DNA of 64,000 nt, taken from an uncultured Bacillota bacterium (GTDB lineage Bacteria; Sysuimicrobiota; Sysuimicrobiia; Sysuimicrobiales; Segetimicrobiaceae). The stretch's first letter is position 1, and every line of letters begins with the position of its first letter. Shown piece after piece: positions 47,559 through 57,325 of the stretch. The stretch covers positions 640,001 to 704,000 of the forward strand of contig CAWDRG010000017.1 of the NCBI GenBank assembly GCA_963804645.1, given 5' to 3'. Position numbers and translations under genes: made by a program. Below the pieces are notes generated by a model. The model was not told where the DNA came from. It saw nothing but the letters and a program-made list of their open reading frames with translations, and did no database searches.

Positions 47559-48350
47559 TCATCCGAGGCCGCGCACGATGCCCCCGTCGACCTGCAGCGA
47601 GGCGCCGGTCACAAACCCGGCCGCGTCGGACGCCAGGAACGCGACGACGTTCGCGACGTCGGACGGCGCGCCGAGGCGTCGCAGGGGGATGGCGAGCGCG
47701 CGCTGTGCGAGGACGTCGACCGCGTCGACACCGTCCCGCTCGCCGGCGCGGCGCGCGAGCTCCACCGTGCGCTCCGTACGAATGGATCCGGGGCACACGT
47801 TGTTGACGCGGATCCCATCCGCCCCGAGCTCGTCCGCCAGGGTCTTCGCCAGCCCGACGATCGCGAGGCGCACCGAGTTGGACAGCAGCACGCCGGCGAG
47901 CGGCTGCTTGACGCTGACGCTGAGCACGTTGACGATCGACCCTCCGCCCGACGCGCGCAGGTGCGGGACCGCGGCGCGCGTCACCCGGAGGTTGCTGAGA
48001 AACGCCAGCTCGAAGTAGTCGAGGAAGTCGGCGTCGGTGAGCTCGGCGAACCCGCCGTGCCGCGGGCCGCCCGTGTTGTTCACCACGACGTCGAGCCCGC
48101 CCATCTCGCGCGCCGCGTCGGACACGTAGGCCCCGATCTCGTCGGCCCGCCGCAGATCGACCGAGCGGGAGAACGGTCGTGGGGTGCCGGCGCGCTCGAT
48201 CGCGTTCGCGACGTCCTCGAGCGCATCGGCCGACCGCGCGCAGATCGCCACGCGGGCCCCCCAGGACGCGAGGGTCTCGGCGATCGCGCGGCCCAACCCT
48301 CGGCTCGCGGCCGTGACGATCGCGCGCTTGCCGTCCAATCGCACGTGCAT
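47559..48350 (-). CDS. SDR oxidoreductase (3-oxoacyl-ACP reductase-like, SxxxR subtype)
   Basis: Motifs TAASRGLG, NNTGGP, LSNSVR, VNNVCPG and VTGASLQVDGG. AAAGGA RBS. Confidence 0.9.
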   Translation of the reverse strand: MHVRLDGKRAIVTAASRGLGRAIAETLASWGARVAICARSADALEDVANAIERAGTPRPFSRSVDLRRADEIGAYVSDAAREMGGLDVVVNNTGGPRHGGFAELTDADFLDYFELAFLSNLRVTRAAVPHLRASGGGSIVNVLSVSVKQPLAGVLLSNSVRLAIVGLAKTLADELGADGIRVNNVCPGSIRTERTVELARRAGERDGVDAVDVLAQRALAIPLRRLGAPSDVANVVAFLASDAAGFVTGASLQVDGGIVRGLG

Positions 48351-48388
48351 GGCGTGTCCTTTCGTCGGCCGTGTATTGACGCGGCGCG

Positions 48389-49519
48389 CTACGACAGCCC
48401 GAGCGACTCCTCGAACCCCGTCACCGCTCCCGCGAGCATCTGCGCGACGAGCCAGCCGGTCACGGGCGCCAGCGCGATCCCGTCGCCGCCGTGGGCGCAC
48501 GCGAGGATCAGACCCGCGGGGCGCGGGCAGCGCGCGACGATGGGGCGCTTGTGGGACCCGACGGGACGCAGCCCAACCGTGTGGCCGACGACGGGCAGCG
48601 GCATCAGCGACGGGAAGAAGCGGCCGAACTCCTCGAGGAGCGCCTCGCGGGCGCGGGACGAGGGGGTGAGGTCGAACCCGGACAGCTCGCGCGTGGCGCC
48701 GAGCCGGATCGACCGGTCGGGGTCCTGGCCGACCGCCAGCCCGACCGAGAAATGGCCCTCGGGCAGATTCGTCGCAAACTTGGCCGCCAGCACGGCCGGC
48801 GCCAGCACCCGCCCCCGGAGCTCGTACGGGACGGGACTCGTCACCAGCATCTCCCCTTTTTCGAAATGGATCGGGACGTCGACCCCCACGCCCGCGGCGA
48901 GCGGCAGCGTCCAGGGGCCGGCCGCGAGGACGACGTCCCCGCAGCCGATGACGCCGGCGGCGGTCACGACGCCCCGCACCCGGTCATCGACGACGTCGAA
49001 CCCGCGCACCTCGGTGTGCGGGCGAATCGACGCGCCCCGCGCGGCCGCGGCGCCGGCCACGGCCAGACACGCGTCGCCGGGTGGCACCATGGCGTCGTCC
49101 GGGGCGTAGCTCGCTCCGAGCACGTCCCGCGCGAGATGCGGCATCCGCGCGCGCAGTTCTGCCGCGTCGAGCGACTCGACGCGGACACCCTCGCGGGTCA
49201 GCCAGTCGACGCGCTCCCGCACGAACGCGGCCTCCGCCTCAGAGCGGTAGGGCACGTAGCTCCCGTTGACCTCGTAGGGCACGCCCGCGTCCTCGCGCAG
49301 CGCCTCGTACAGGCGCATGCTCTTCCAGGTGAGCGCGATCAGCAGCGGGAGGTTTTTGGTGTGGCACAGCACGCCGCCGCCGGAGGCGGACGCGGTCGCC
49401 CCGCCGATCTCCCCCCGCTCCAGCAGCACGACACTGCGGCCGAGCCGCCGGATCTCGTACGCGCAGCAAACGCCGATCATCCCGCCTCCGACGACGACCA
49501 CGTCCGCGCTGTCCGGCAT
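48389..49519 (-). CDS. FAD-dependent glycine/D-amino acid oxidase-like protein
   Basis: Motifs DVVVVGGGMIG, GATASASGG, LAAGPW, GLRP and HGGDGIALAP. Confidence 0.88.
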   Translation of the reverse strand: MPDSADVVVVGGGMIGVCCAYEIRRLGRSVVLLERGEIGGATASASGGGVLCHTKNLPLLIALTWKSMRLYEALREDAGVPYEVNGSYVPYRSEAEAAFVRERVDWLTREGVRVESLDAAELRARMPHLARDVLGASYAPDDAMVPPGDACLAVAGAAAARGASIRPHTEVRGFDVVDDRVRGVVTAAGVIGCGDVVLAAGPWTLPLAAGVGVDVPIHFEKGEMLVTSPVPYELRGRVLAPAVLAAKFATNLPEGHFSVGLAVGQDPDRSIRLGATRELSGFDLTPSSRAREALLEEFGRFFPSLMPLPVVGHTVGLRPVGSHKRPIVARCPRPAGLILACAHGGDGIALAPVTGWLVAQMLAGAVTGFEESLGLS

Positions 49520-49557
49520 CGGCCACCCGCCCCTTCCCGAAATGGTCCCGTCCGCGG

Positions 49558-50538
49558 CTACAGCGGCAGCTCCGTGCCCGCGCCCGCGGCGCGCGCGCGG
49601 CGGTACAGCTCGGCCGCCGTCGCGAGATCCTCGAGGGCGACCCCGAGGTTGAACGCCAGGATCCGGGCGTCCGGCCGCTCACGACCCGGGTGGTGCCCGG
49701 CGACGATGTCGCCCAGCTCCGCGTCGATCCGCGTCACCGTCTGAAACAACCCGTGCTCCTTCATATGGTCGATCGAGCGCGCGTCGTCCGTCACGACGCA
49801 GTCCATCGCGTCGATCGCCGCCCGCGACCAGAACGTGTCCCGGTTGATCGAGACACTGACCGCCCCCGGCGCGATCCACTCGGGTTCGATCAGCCCATCT
49901 CGGGGCCGGTCGTTTGAGCCGGCCGTCACGACGACCGACGCGCCGTCGATCGCCTCCCGGGCGCTCCGCGCGGCGCGGACGTCAAGCCGCAGCGTCCCGG
50001 ACATCTCCTCGGCGTAGCGCGCCGCGACGTCCGGCTTGACGTCGTAGGCCCGCACGGCCCGCACCGCCACCGGAGACGCCGCGATCGCGTCGAGGTTGCT
50101 GCGCCCCTGCACGCCGCAGCCGAGAATCGCGAGATCCTGGGCGCCGGCGTTCGCGAGACATTCCACCGTCAGCGCCGTCGCCGCGCCGGTGCGCATCGCC
50201 GTGATCCAGGTGGAATCCATGATCGCGAGCGGCGCGCCGGTCTCGGCGTCGTTCAGGATGTACAGCCCGAGAATGTACGGCAGGTCGTCGGCGGGACCGC
50301 GCGGCGTGCCGCTGCTCCACTTGACGCCCGCGGCGCCGAGCGACGCGAGGTAGCACGGCATCGCGCTGTAGAACGTGTCGGGGCTGCGCATGATCCAGAT
50401 CTTCCCCGGCATGAGCGCCCGTCCCGCCGCGCGTTCCTGAAACGCCGAGCGCAGGAGCCCGACGATCTCGGACACTCCGAGCCCGAGGCCTTCGATGTCG
50501 GTGCGGCTCAAATACAGCAAGGTACGACCGAGCGTCAC
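49558..50538 (-). CDS. Ornithine cyclodeaminase/mu-crystallin family (imine reductase-like)
   Basis: Motifs AMP, GVKW, TGAPLAIMD, ITAMRTGA, ILGCGVQG and GVALEDLA. Confidence 0.9.
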   Translation of the reverse strand: MTLGRTLLYLSRTDIEGLGLGVSEIVGLLRSAFQERAAGRALMPGKIWIMRSPDTFYSAMPCYLASLGAAGVKWSSGTPRGPADDLPYILGLYILNDAETGAPLAIMDSTWITAMRTGAATALTVECLANAGAQDLAILGCGVQGRSNLDAIAASPVAVRAVRAYDVKPDVAARYAEEMSGTLRLDVRAARSAREAIDGASVVVTAGSNDRPRDGLIEPEWIAPGAVSVSINRDTFWSRAAIDAMDCVVTDDARSIDHMKEHGLFQTVTRIDAELGDIVAGHHPGRERPDARILAFNLGVALEDLATAAELYRRARAAGAGTELPL

Positions 50539-50590
50539 GATGCCATCCTCCCCGTGCCGCGCCGGCGTGCGAGCGGGCCGGCCCCGCGGG

Positions 50591-51742
50591 CTAGAAGAAG
50601 TTCGCTTCCTTGCGCACCGGCGCGGCGAACCGCTCGAGCCGGAACGCGCCGAGATCGAGCGACGCCGCGCGGCCGTCCACGATCAACTCGCTCACGAGCA
50701 GCCCGATCGCGGGCGCGTGCATGAACCCCTTGCCGTTGTCCCCGCAGGCCAGCACCAGGCCGTCGAGGCCCGACACCCGGCCCACAATCGGGTGATAGTC
50801 GGGGGTCAGCGCGCGCACGCCCGAGTAACTGCGCCGGACGCGCGCCTCCACCAGCCGGGGGATGCGCCGCGCCCCCGCGGACAGCACGCGCTCCACCCCG
50901 TCCCACTCCACGTCGCTCCCCTCTCCCGGGCGCGTGTCCCGGTCCGTCCCGCCCAACAGCAGGTCGCCGTGACCTGTCCGGTGGATGTAGAATCCGGTAT
51001 CGGCGTCGGTGACGAGGGGCATCTCGACATCGAGGGCCGGGATCGGCGCGACGACGCTGACCTGGCGGCGGAACGGCAGGGCGGGCACGTCGAGCCCGGC
51101 CCACCGGGCAACCGACGCGGACGACGGCCCGGCGGCGATGACGACGGTCCCGGCGTCGAGCCCTCCGTCATGCGTCTCGACGCCGCTCACCCGAGCGCCG
51201 GTCCGGCGCAGCCCGACCACCTCCTGCTCGCAGCGGATCTCGGCGCCGAGCACGCGGGCGCGCGCCGAAAATCCCTGCACCGCCGCGGAGGGCTCCGCGG
51301 ACCCGTCCTCCTGACAGAAGGTTCCGCCGAGGAGATCGTCGGTCCGCAGCTCGGGCACCAACGCCTGCGCCTCCGGTGCCGTCACCGTCCGGCTCGGAAC
51401 CCCGAGCGACTGCTGCAGCGCGACCCCCGCGCGCAGCTCGTCCATCGTGCGGGCGTCACCCGTCACGATCAATCGGCCGTGCGGACGGAAGTTGACGGAG
51501 TAACCCGTCTCCTCCTCGAAGCGGCGGTAGATCGGCAGGCTGAGCTGCGTGAGCCGGATGTTCTCCGTCGTGGAGAACTGGTACCGGATCGCCCCGGTCG
51601 CCTTCGCGGTCGAGCCCATCCCGAGCATCGCCTCCCGCTCCAGCACGACCACGCGCTGCGAGGGGGCCCGGCGCATCAGGTGGTAGGCGATGCTGCACCC
51701 GATGACACCGCCGCCGATGATGACGACGTCGGCGGATCTCAT
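50591..51742 (-). CDS. Sarcosine oxidase beta-like FAD-dependent oxidoreductase
   Basis: Motifs DVVIIGGGVIG, GSTAKATGAIR.QF, EDG, AAGP, TPDYHPIVG and GKGFMHAP. Confidence 0.9.
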   Translation of the reverse strand: MRSADVVIIGGGVIGCSIAYHLMRRAPSQRVVVLEREAMLGMGSTAKATGAIRYQFSTTENIRLTQLSLPIYRRFEEETGYSVNFRPHGRLIVTGDARTMDELRAGVALQQSLGVPSRTVTAPEAQALVPELRTDDLLGGTFCQEDGSAEPSAAVQGFSARARVLGAEIRCEQEVVGLRRTGARVSGVETHDGGLDAGTVVIAAGPSSASVARWAGLDVPALPFRRQVSVVAPIPALDVEMPLVTDADTGFYIHRTGHGDLLLGGTDRDTRPGEGSDVEWDGVERVLSAGARRIPRLVEARVRRSYSGVRALTPDYHPIVGRVSGLDGLVLACGDNGKGFMHAPAIGLLVSELIVDGRAASLDLGAFRLERFAAPVRKEANFF

Positions 51743-51805
51743 CGGCGGTCCCGCGGATGCGTGAGGCGGCCACTCGTCCGCGCACCGGCAGGACGTCGCA
51801 TCCGG

Positions 51806-52870
51806 CTACGCGGCGGCGGTGTGGTCGGGATAGAACTCCGCGTTGGCCCGGCGGAGCTCGTCAAGGTTGGCCCGGCTCATCGTGCGCCGGCCCTCTTCGA
51901 GGTCGTGAATCAGCGCAATCAGCCGCTGGTTGAGCGGCAGCGACAGCCCGCGGGTGCGGCCGATCTCTACCACCGTCCCGAGGTGCGCATCCACCTCGGT
52001 GCGCCGGTGCCGCACCGCGAGATCGCGCCACACGCCGGTCTTGGTCTTCAGCGACTTGCGGCTGACGGCGGCGCGGCGGTCGAGGGCGAGGTCGATCGCC
52101 GCCCAGTCGCGCGGCGTCGCAAAGCGCATCGGCGCGGGGTCAAACCCGTCGAACCCTTCGATGCGCACGCCCTCCGCGTCGGCGACGCGCACGACCTCGC
52201 CCGCCAGGTTGGCGAGGACCGGTCGGTCCTCGCGACTGCCGAGCACGTCCGCCGTCTTCTCGTCGACGAGCGCGGTGGCCATCAGCATGGAGCCGTAGAT
52301 CGTCTTGCCCCAGAGGTACCCCCAGATATTGTCGGTCACCTGCGCGCGGTCCAGGAACGCGCCCCGCACGATCCCGGCGAGCGCTTCGACGCGCGGCGTG
52401 ATGCGCCCGTCCAGCTCGCCGAGATAGAACGCGCCCGGCGCGCCGTACATGATGCGCCCCGGCGAGAGATAGTCCGCGGCATAGTTGATAAACGCCCCCA
52501 CCGTCCGCGCGGCGCCGATGCGCTTGGCGATGACGCGTTCGTTAAGTCCGTTCTGCAGCGAGACGACGAAACTCTCCGGGCCCATCAGCGGCACGACCGG
52601 CTCGAGCGCGGCCGCGGTGTACGGCGCCTTGACCGCCAGCAGCACCGCGTCCAGCGGTCTCCCCGCGAGCGCCGCCGGCAGCGCGTCGACGGTCACGGCG
52701 CGCCCGCGCACGGTAAACGTGTCGGCACCCTCGATCGCCAGCCCCGTCCCCTCGATCGCCGCCACGTGCTCGCGGTCCTGGTCGACGAGCAGCACGTCGC
52801 AGCCGGCCCGAATCAGGTAGGCGCCCAGCGTGCCACCCATCGCGCCCGCGCCGATGATCGTAAAGCGCAT
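51806..52870 (-). CDS. Ketopantoate reductase (ApbA/PanE)-family protein, divergent
   Basis: Motifs IIGAGAMG, LAVK, SLQNG, GELDG, YLWGK and RRTEVD. Confidence 0.88.
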   Translation of the reverse strand: MRFTIIGAGAMGGTLGAYLIRAGCDVLLVDQDREHVAAIEGTGLAIEGADTFTVRGRAVTVDALPAALAGRPLDAVLLAVKAPYTAAALEPVVPLMGPESFVVSLQNGLNERVIAKRIGAARTVGAFINYAADYLSPGRIMYGAPGAFYLGELDGRITPRVEALAGIVRGAFLDRAQVTDNIWGYLWGKTIYGSMLMATALVDEKTADVLGSREDRPVLANLAGEVVRVADAEGVRIEGFDGFDPAPMRFATPRDWAAIDLALDRRAAVSRKSLKTKTGVWRDLAVRHRRTEVDAHLGTVVEIGRTRGLSLPLNQRLIALIHDLEEGRRTMSRANLDELRRANAEFYPDHTAAA

Positions 52871-53185
52871 CCGCATCCCTCCCAAAACTCCCGCTGCCTG
52901 GTTCGTTCGCGCCAGCGCGCGTACGTCCCTCCGTCGACGCGCCGCGCGCGTGAAGCAGGAGCGTCGCTGCGACGGCGAGAACCCGGTCGCACAATCTCCC
53001 GACGCTCCACTCGGGTGCGCGGTCGTCGAGATCCACGTGTCCGGGTCCGGCGCGGCGCGCCACGGCGGTCGATCGACCCATCTCCGCGAGGGACTCCGCG
53101 GCGGGCGGGATCCCGGTCTGTCGGGAGCGCACCGCGCGTCAGCGCGCTCGACCGAACTCTCGCGTCTCAGACACAGGAGGGTGCC

Positions 53186-54226
53186 ATGCGGATCGGGGTG
53201 ATGGGCGCGGGGGCGATCGGCGCCAACGTCGGAGGGATGCTCGCGAAAGCCGGGTACGATGTCACGCTGATCGATCAGTGGCCGGCGCACGTCGACGCGA
53301 TGAAAACCCACGGGCTCCGGCTGAGCGGCACGACGGGCGACTTCGTCGTGCCGGTCCGTGCGCTGCACCTCCACGAGGTGCAGGCGGTCGAGGACCCGTT
53401 CGATGCCGTGTTCCTGGCGGTCAAGAGCTACGATACCGAATGGGCGACCATGTTCGCGATCCGATTGCTGCGCGAGCCGGACGGGGTCATCGTGGACTTC
53501 CAGAACGGCATCCACGACGAGCGGGTGGCGGCGGTCGCGGGCCGTCACCGGACGCTCGGCTGCGTCATCACGATCGGCGCCGGCATGTACGAACCGGGAC
53601 ATGCGATCCGCACCGATCCGCCCGTGGCGGGCCGGGCGTGCTTCAAGATCGGGGAGCTCGACGGCCGCGACACCGAGCGGGCGCGCCGGCTGGCCGAGGT
53701 GGTCAACCACGTCGGGCTGACCCAGGTCACGACCAACCTGTTCGGCGAGCGGTGGTCGAAGCTCGCCGTCAACGCCATGAGCAATCCGATCGCCGGCCTG
53801 AGCGGCTACCGCTCCGCCGAACTGCGGACCGTCCCGGTCGTCCGAAAGCTTGCGGTACAGATCGCCGCCGAGGTAGTGCGGGTGGCGCGTGCCGCCGGCT
53901 ACGACGTGGCCCCGATCTTTGGGATCGATGCGCAGCGCTACGTCGACGCCGCGGAGGGCCGGGGCGCCGCCGAACTTGACGCCGAGATCGCGGGACGCGC
54001 GGCGGGCGGCGACGTCGGGCGGCCGTCCCTGCTGCAGGACGTGATGCGCGGACGGCGGACCGAAATCGACGACCTCAACGGGTACGTCGTGTCCGAGGGC
54101 AAACGCCTCGGCGTGCCGACGCCGTTCAACGAGGCGGTGGTCCGGGAGGTCAAGCGTCACGGGGTGGGCACGCTGACACCCGACCCGAAGCACCTGGACG
54201 CGCTCGCCCGCCTGCTCCCGGCCTGA
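53186..54226 (+). CDS. Ketopantoate reductase (ApbA/PanE)-family protein
   Basis: AGGAGG RBS. Motifs GAGAIG, AVKSYD, FQNG, WSKLAVN, PSLLQD and RTEIDDLNG. Confidence 0.9.
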   Translation: MRIGVMGAGAIGANVGGMLAKAGYDVTLIDQWPAHVDAMKTHGLRLSGTTGDFVVPVRALHLHEVQAVEDPFDAVFLAVKSYDTEWATMFAIRLLREPDGVIVDFQNGIHDERVAAVAGRHRTLGCVITIGAGMYEPGHAIRTDPPVAGRACFKIGELDGRDTERARRLAEVVNHVGLTQVTTNLFGERWSKLAVNAMSNPIAGLSGYRSAELRTVPVVRKLAVQIAAEVVRVARAAGYDVAPIFGIDAQRYVDAAEGRGAAELDAEIAGRAAGGDVGRPSLLQDVMRGRRTEIDDLNGYVVSEGKRLGVPTPFNEAVVREVKRHGVGTLTPDPKHLDALARLLPA

Positions 54227-54315
54227 CCGGCGCGCGGCCGCGCTGGAGGAGTTGCGCACCCGCGCGAGAATGTAGCCACTTATTCGTTCGGGACAGGCCC
54301 ACGGAGGGAAGCTTT

Positions 54316-55920
54316 ATGAGGTCCCCGCACTCGCGTTGGACGTTGCTTCTGATCATCCCGCTGCTGTGCATGCCGCTCGCGCTGTGGACGACCGCGCAGG
54401 CGCAGTCGCCGCAGACGCTGGTCATCGCCATCGGCGCGGACCAGGTCGGCATGGACCCGCAGACGAACCTGGACGCGGAGTCCGGATACGTCACGACCAC
54501 GCTGTTCGACGGGATCGTGAATTACACCGAGGGCACCGCCACTCCCGGACCCGGGCTCGCCGAGTCGTGGACGGTCTCACCCGATGGAAAGGTGTACACG
54601 TTCAAGATCCGGCACGGGGTCACGTTCAACGACGGGTCGCCGATGAACGCCCGCACCATCGCGGACGACCTCGACCGGGGGCTCAACCCGAAGAACCCCT
54701 GCTACATTTATGCCCGCAAGGCCGTCGACACCTATGACGCGTTCATCTGGGGCACGCCGCCGAACGTCCCCAAGGTCGAGGCGACCGACGACTACACGCT
54801 GACCGTGACGTGGGCCGCGCCCAACGCGCCGTTCCTGGCCAACATCGGCATGCCGTGGGCGGGCATCATGAGCCCGGCCGCCACGAAGAAGTACAACTGC
54901 GATGCGGGCCAAACCCCGGTGGGGAGCGGGCCGTTCAAGTTCGTGGAGGCCGTCCGCAACGATCACATCACGGTCGCGGCGAACCCGTCGTACTGGAACG
55001 GCGCGCCGAAGCTCGATCAGATCATCTTCCGGGTCGTGCCGGAAAGCACGACTCGCCTGCTCATGCTCGAGCGCAACGACATCCAATACCTCGTGGACGT
55101 GCCCGCCTCGGACATCCCGCGGATCGCGGCGAATCCCGCGCTGAAGCTGTGGAGGAAGCCCGGCTACTACGTGAGCGGCGTCGGGATGTCGAACGATCTC
55201 GGGCCGTTCAAGGACAAATTGGTCCGGCAGGCGATGAATTACGCCGTGGACAAGAACGCGATCAACACCAAGTTGTACGGCGGCTGGGCGACCCAGACGC
55301 AGGGCGTGCCCTCCTTTTCCTGGGCGTACGACAAGTCGGTGACGCCGTACCCGTACGATCCGGCGAAGGCCAAGCAGTTGTTGAGTGAGGCCGGGTTCCC
55401 GAACGGGTTTACGACGGGCATGATCGTCGCGGACGTCCCGCGGCCGTACAATCCGATCGGCGGCGCCCAGCTCGGCGTCGCCGTCCAATCGTACCTCGCG
55501 AAGATCGGCGTCAACGCGAAGATCACGCAGTACGAGTGGGGCGCGTTTCTCGACCGGATCCGCCACACGCAGTACGAGGGGTTCGCGATCTGCGGCTTCA
55601 GCGCGGACACCGGCGACCCCGACAACATGCTGTTCTCGCTGTTCTACTACGACGACACGGCGAAAGCGCCGGGGGCCCAGAACTGCGCCCGCTACGACGA
55701 CCCCACGGTCAACCGCCTGCTCAGTGCGGCGCGGCAGATCCCCGACCAGTCCCAGCGGCAGCCCTTGTATGTCCATGCCAACAACCTGATCCATGACGAT
55801 GCCCCGTGGATCTTCGTCAACAACGGCACCCTGGTGCGCGCCACGCGCGCGAATCTCACGGGCTACACGCTCAGCCCGCTCGGCAAGCTGTGGTACCTCA
55901 ATAAGGTATCGTTCAAGTAG
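54316..55920 (+). CDS. ABC peptide-type substrate-binding protein (family 5, DppA-like), no cognate permease nearby
   Basis: Signal peptide ending AQA; motifs PGLAESW, F.DGSP, PVGSGPFKF, VRQAMNYAVD and YDPAKAKQLL.EAG. Confidence 0.93.
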   Translation: MRSPHSRWTLLLIIPLLCMPLALWTTAQAQSPQTLVIAIGADQVGMDPQTNLDAESGYVTTTLFDGIVNYTEGTATPGPGLAESWTVSPDGKVYTFKIRHGVTFNDGSPMNARTIADDLDRGLNPKNPCYIYARKAVDTYDAFIWGTPPNVPKVEATDDYTLTVTWAAPNAPFLANIGMPWAGIMSPAATKKYNCDAGQTPVGSGPFKFVEAVRNDHITVAANPSYWNGAPKLDQIIFRVVPESTTRLLMLERNDIQYLVDVPASDIPRIAANPALKLWRKPGYYVSGVGMSNDLGPFKDKLVRQAMNYAVDKNAINTKLYGGWATQTQGVPSFSWAYDKSVTPYPYDPAKAKQLLSEAGFPNGFTTGMIVADVPRPYNPIGGAQLGVAVQSYLAKIGVNAKITQYEWGAFLDRIRHTQYEGFAICGFSADTGDPDNMLFSLFYYDDTAKAPGAQNCARYDDPTVNRLLSAARQIPDQSQRQPLYVHANNLIHDDAPWIFVNNGTLVRATRANLTGYTLSPLGKLWYLNKVSFK

Positions 55921-55952
55921 CGCCGAGCGGCTTCTGACCGGCGTTCGTTCGA

Positions 55953-55984
55953 CGACCGGCTCACCCCACGGGGTGAGCCGGTCG
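55953..55984 (+). terminator. Stem-loop after the SBP gene (terminator or mRNA stabiliser)
   Basis: 15-bp perfect inverted repeat CGACCGGCTCACCCC / GGGGTGAGCCGGTCG. No U-tract. Confidence 0.6.
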
Positions 55985-56012
55985 CACGTCCTGCGTGTCA
56001 TGGAGGCAACGG

Positions 56013-57116
56013 ATGCGGTATGACCTGATCGTCACCGGCGACCTGATGTTCTTGTCACCCGTGGTGCGCAGCGATGGATCGCCGCTGCAGACGATCTGGC
56101 GAGAGTTCGCCGGCGCGCACCACGTGTTCTGCAACCTGGAGGCGGTCTTCACCACGGAAACCTCTCACCCGGACAAACTCGTCTGCATGAAGTCCGATCC
56201 GGCCCTCGCCCCCGAGATCCGGCGCGCGGGCGTGAGCGTCGTCACCGTCGCGAACAACCACGCGAACGACTATGGGTGGCCCGGCATGCGGCAGTCGCTG
56301 GACGCCCTCGACGCGGCCGCGGTGCCGCACGTGGGCGCTGGGCCCGACATCGACGCGGCGCTGCGGCCCGTGATGCTCGAGGCGCAGGGACGCACCGTCG
56401 CATTTCTCGGCCTGTCGTCCACGTCGGCCGGCCACTTCGGCGCCGGTCCGGGCCAGCCGGGGCTGGCCGGCATCCGCATCGCGCAGAGCTACGTTGTCGA
56501 CACGGTCACGATCGACGAACAGCCGGGCTGTGTGCCGTTTGTCGAGACCGTGGCACTCAAGGAAGACGTGGAACGCGCGTGTGCCGCGGTGGCGGACGCC
56601 AAGCGGCGTGCGGACCTCGTGATCGTCGGGATTCACTGGGGGGTGTCGTTCGGCTGGCTGCCGCTGAACCAGTCGGAGCTGTGCACCTACGAGCAGCCGC
56701 TGGGCCACGCGCTCGTCGATGCTGGCGCGGACGCGATCGTGGGACATCATCCCCACATCCTGCACGGGATCGAGTGGTACCGGAAGCGACCGATCTTCTA
56801 CAGCGTGGGGAACTTCCTGTTTCACCGCCACAGCAATCCGCGGGGGCGTGGCAGCTATCCGCCGTATATCTCTGGGCCCCGGATTCCCGGCCGCGCCGAA
56901 GCGACGCGGCACGGGTGCTATGTCCGCATGTCGTGGGACGGGGGGCCGAATCCCTCTCGCGTCGAGTTGGTGCCCGTCTGGCTGGACGAGCGTGGTGAAC
57001 CGGAACCGCCGGCACGCGAACGCGCCGAGTTGTCACTCGGGACGGTGGAATTCCTGTCGCAGAAGTTTGGGACGCCGTTGCGGCGGACCGCCGACGGGAT
57101 CGCGATCGCCCTGTAA
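56013..57116 (+). CDS. CapA (PGA_cap)-family metallophosphoesterase-fold protein, cytoplasmic
   Basis: GGAGG RBS. Motifs TGD, NLE, ANNHANDYG, HWG, GHHPH and YSVGNF; no signal or TM segment. Confidence 0.9.
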   Translation: MRYDLIVTGDLMFLSPVVRSDGSPLQTIWREFAGAHHVFCNLEAVFTTETSHPDKLVCMKSDPALAPEIRRAGVSVVTVANNHANDYGWPGMRQSLDALDAAAVPHVGAGPDIDAALRPVMLEAQGRTVAFLGLSSTSAGHFGAGPGQPGLAGIRIAQSYVVDTVTIDEQPGCVPFVETVALKEDVERACAAVADAKRRADLVIVGIHWGVSFGWLPLNQSELCTYEQPLGHALVDAGADAIVGHHPHILHGIEWYRKRPIFYSVGNFLFHRHSNPRGRGSYPPYISGPRIPGRAEATRHGCYVRMSWDGGPNPSRVELVPVWLDERGEPEPPARERAELSLGTVEFLSQKFGTPLRRTADGIAIAL

Positions 57117-57234
57117 CCTCGGCGTCGGCGGGCGCGTACCCCAACCCCGAGCAAGCGCGCGGCGTTCTCCCCGAGCCCCCTGCGCGGCTCCCCGGCCGTC
57201 CGCTCAGCCTGTGTGATCGCGCCCGCAGGTCCTC

Positions 57235-57250
57235 AAAAGTTATAACAAAA
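57235..57250. promoter_or_regulatory. Putative GntR/HutC-type operator or promoter element
   Basis: Palindrome GTTATAAC (57239-57246) flanked by A-runs, in an otherwise very GC-rich spacer upstream of the second SBP. Confidence 0.4.
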
Positions 57251-57325
57251 GGATTCGGCCCTCCCCCACCGAAATCCACGGCACCCGCGCCGGACTCCCG
57301 GCTCAATATACGCGTGAGGTGAGAG

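Noticed and set aside
47559..48350. SDR lacking YxxxK as a novel pseudoenzyme
   Set aside because: The SNxxR variant is a known, common BKR-like SDR subtype.
50495..54226. 1243-aa ORF and other very long overlapping or antisense ORFs (e.g. 26080-28458, 30602-33292, 59332-60993)
   Set aside because: These are shadow frames of real genes, caused by high GC and strong codon bias. Only the last 346 aa of 50495-54226 is a recognisable protein.
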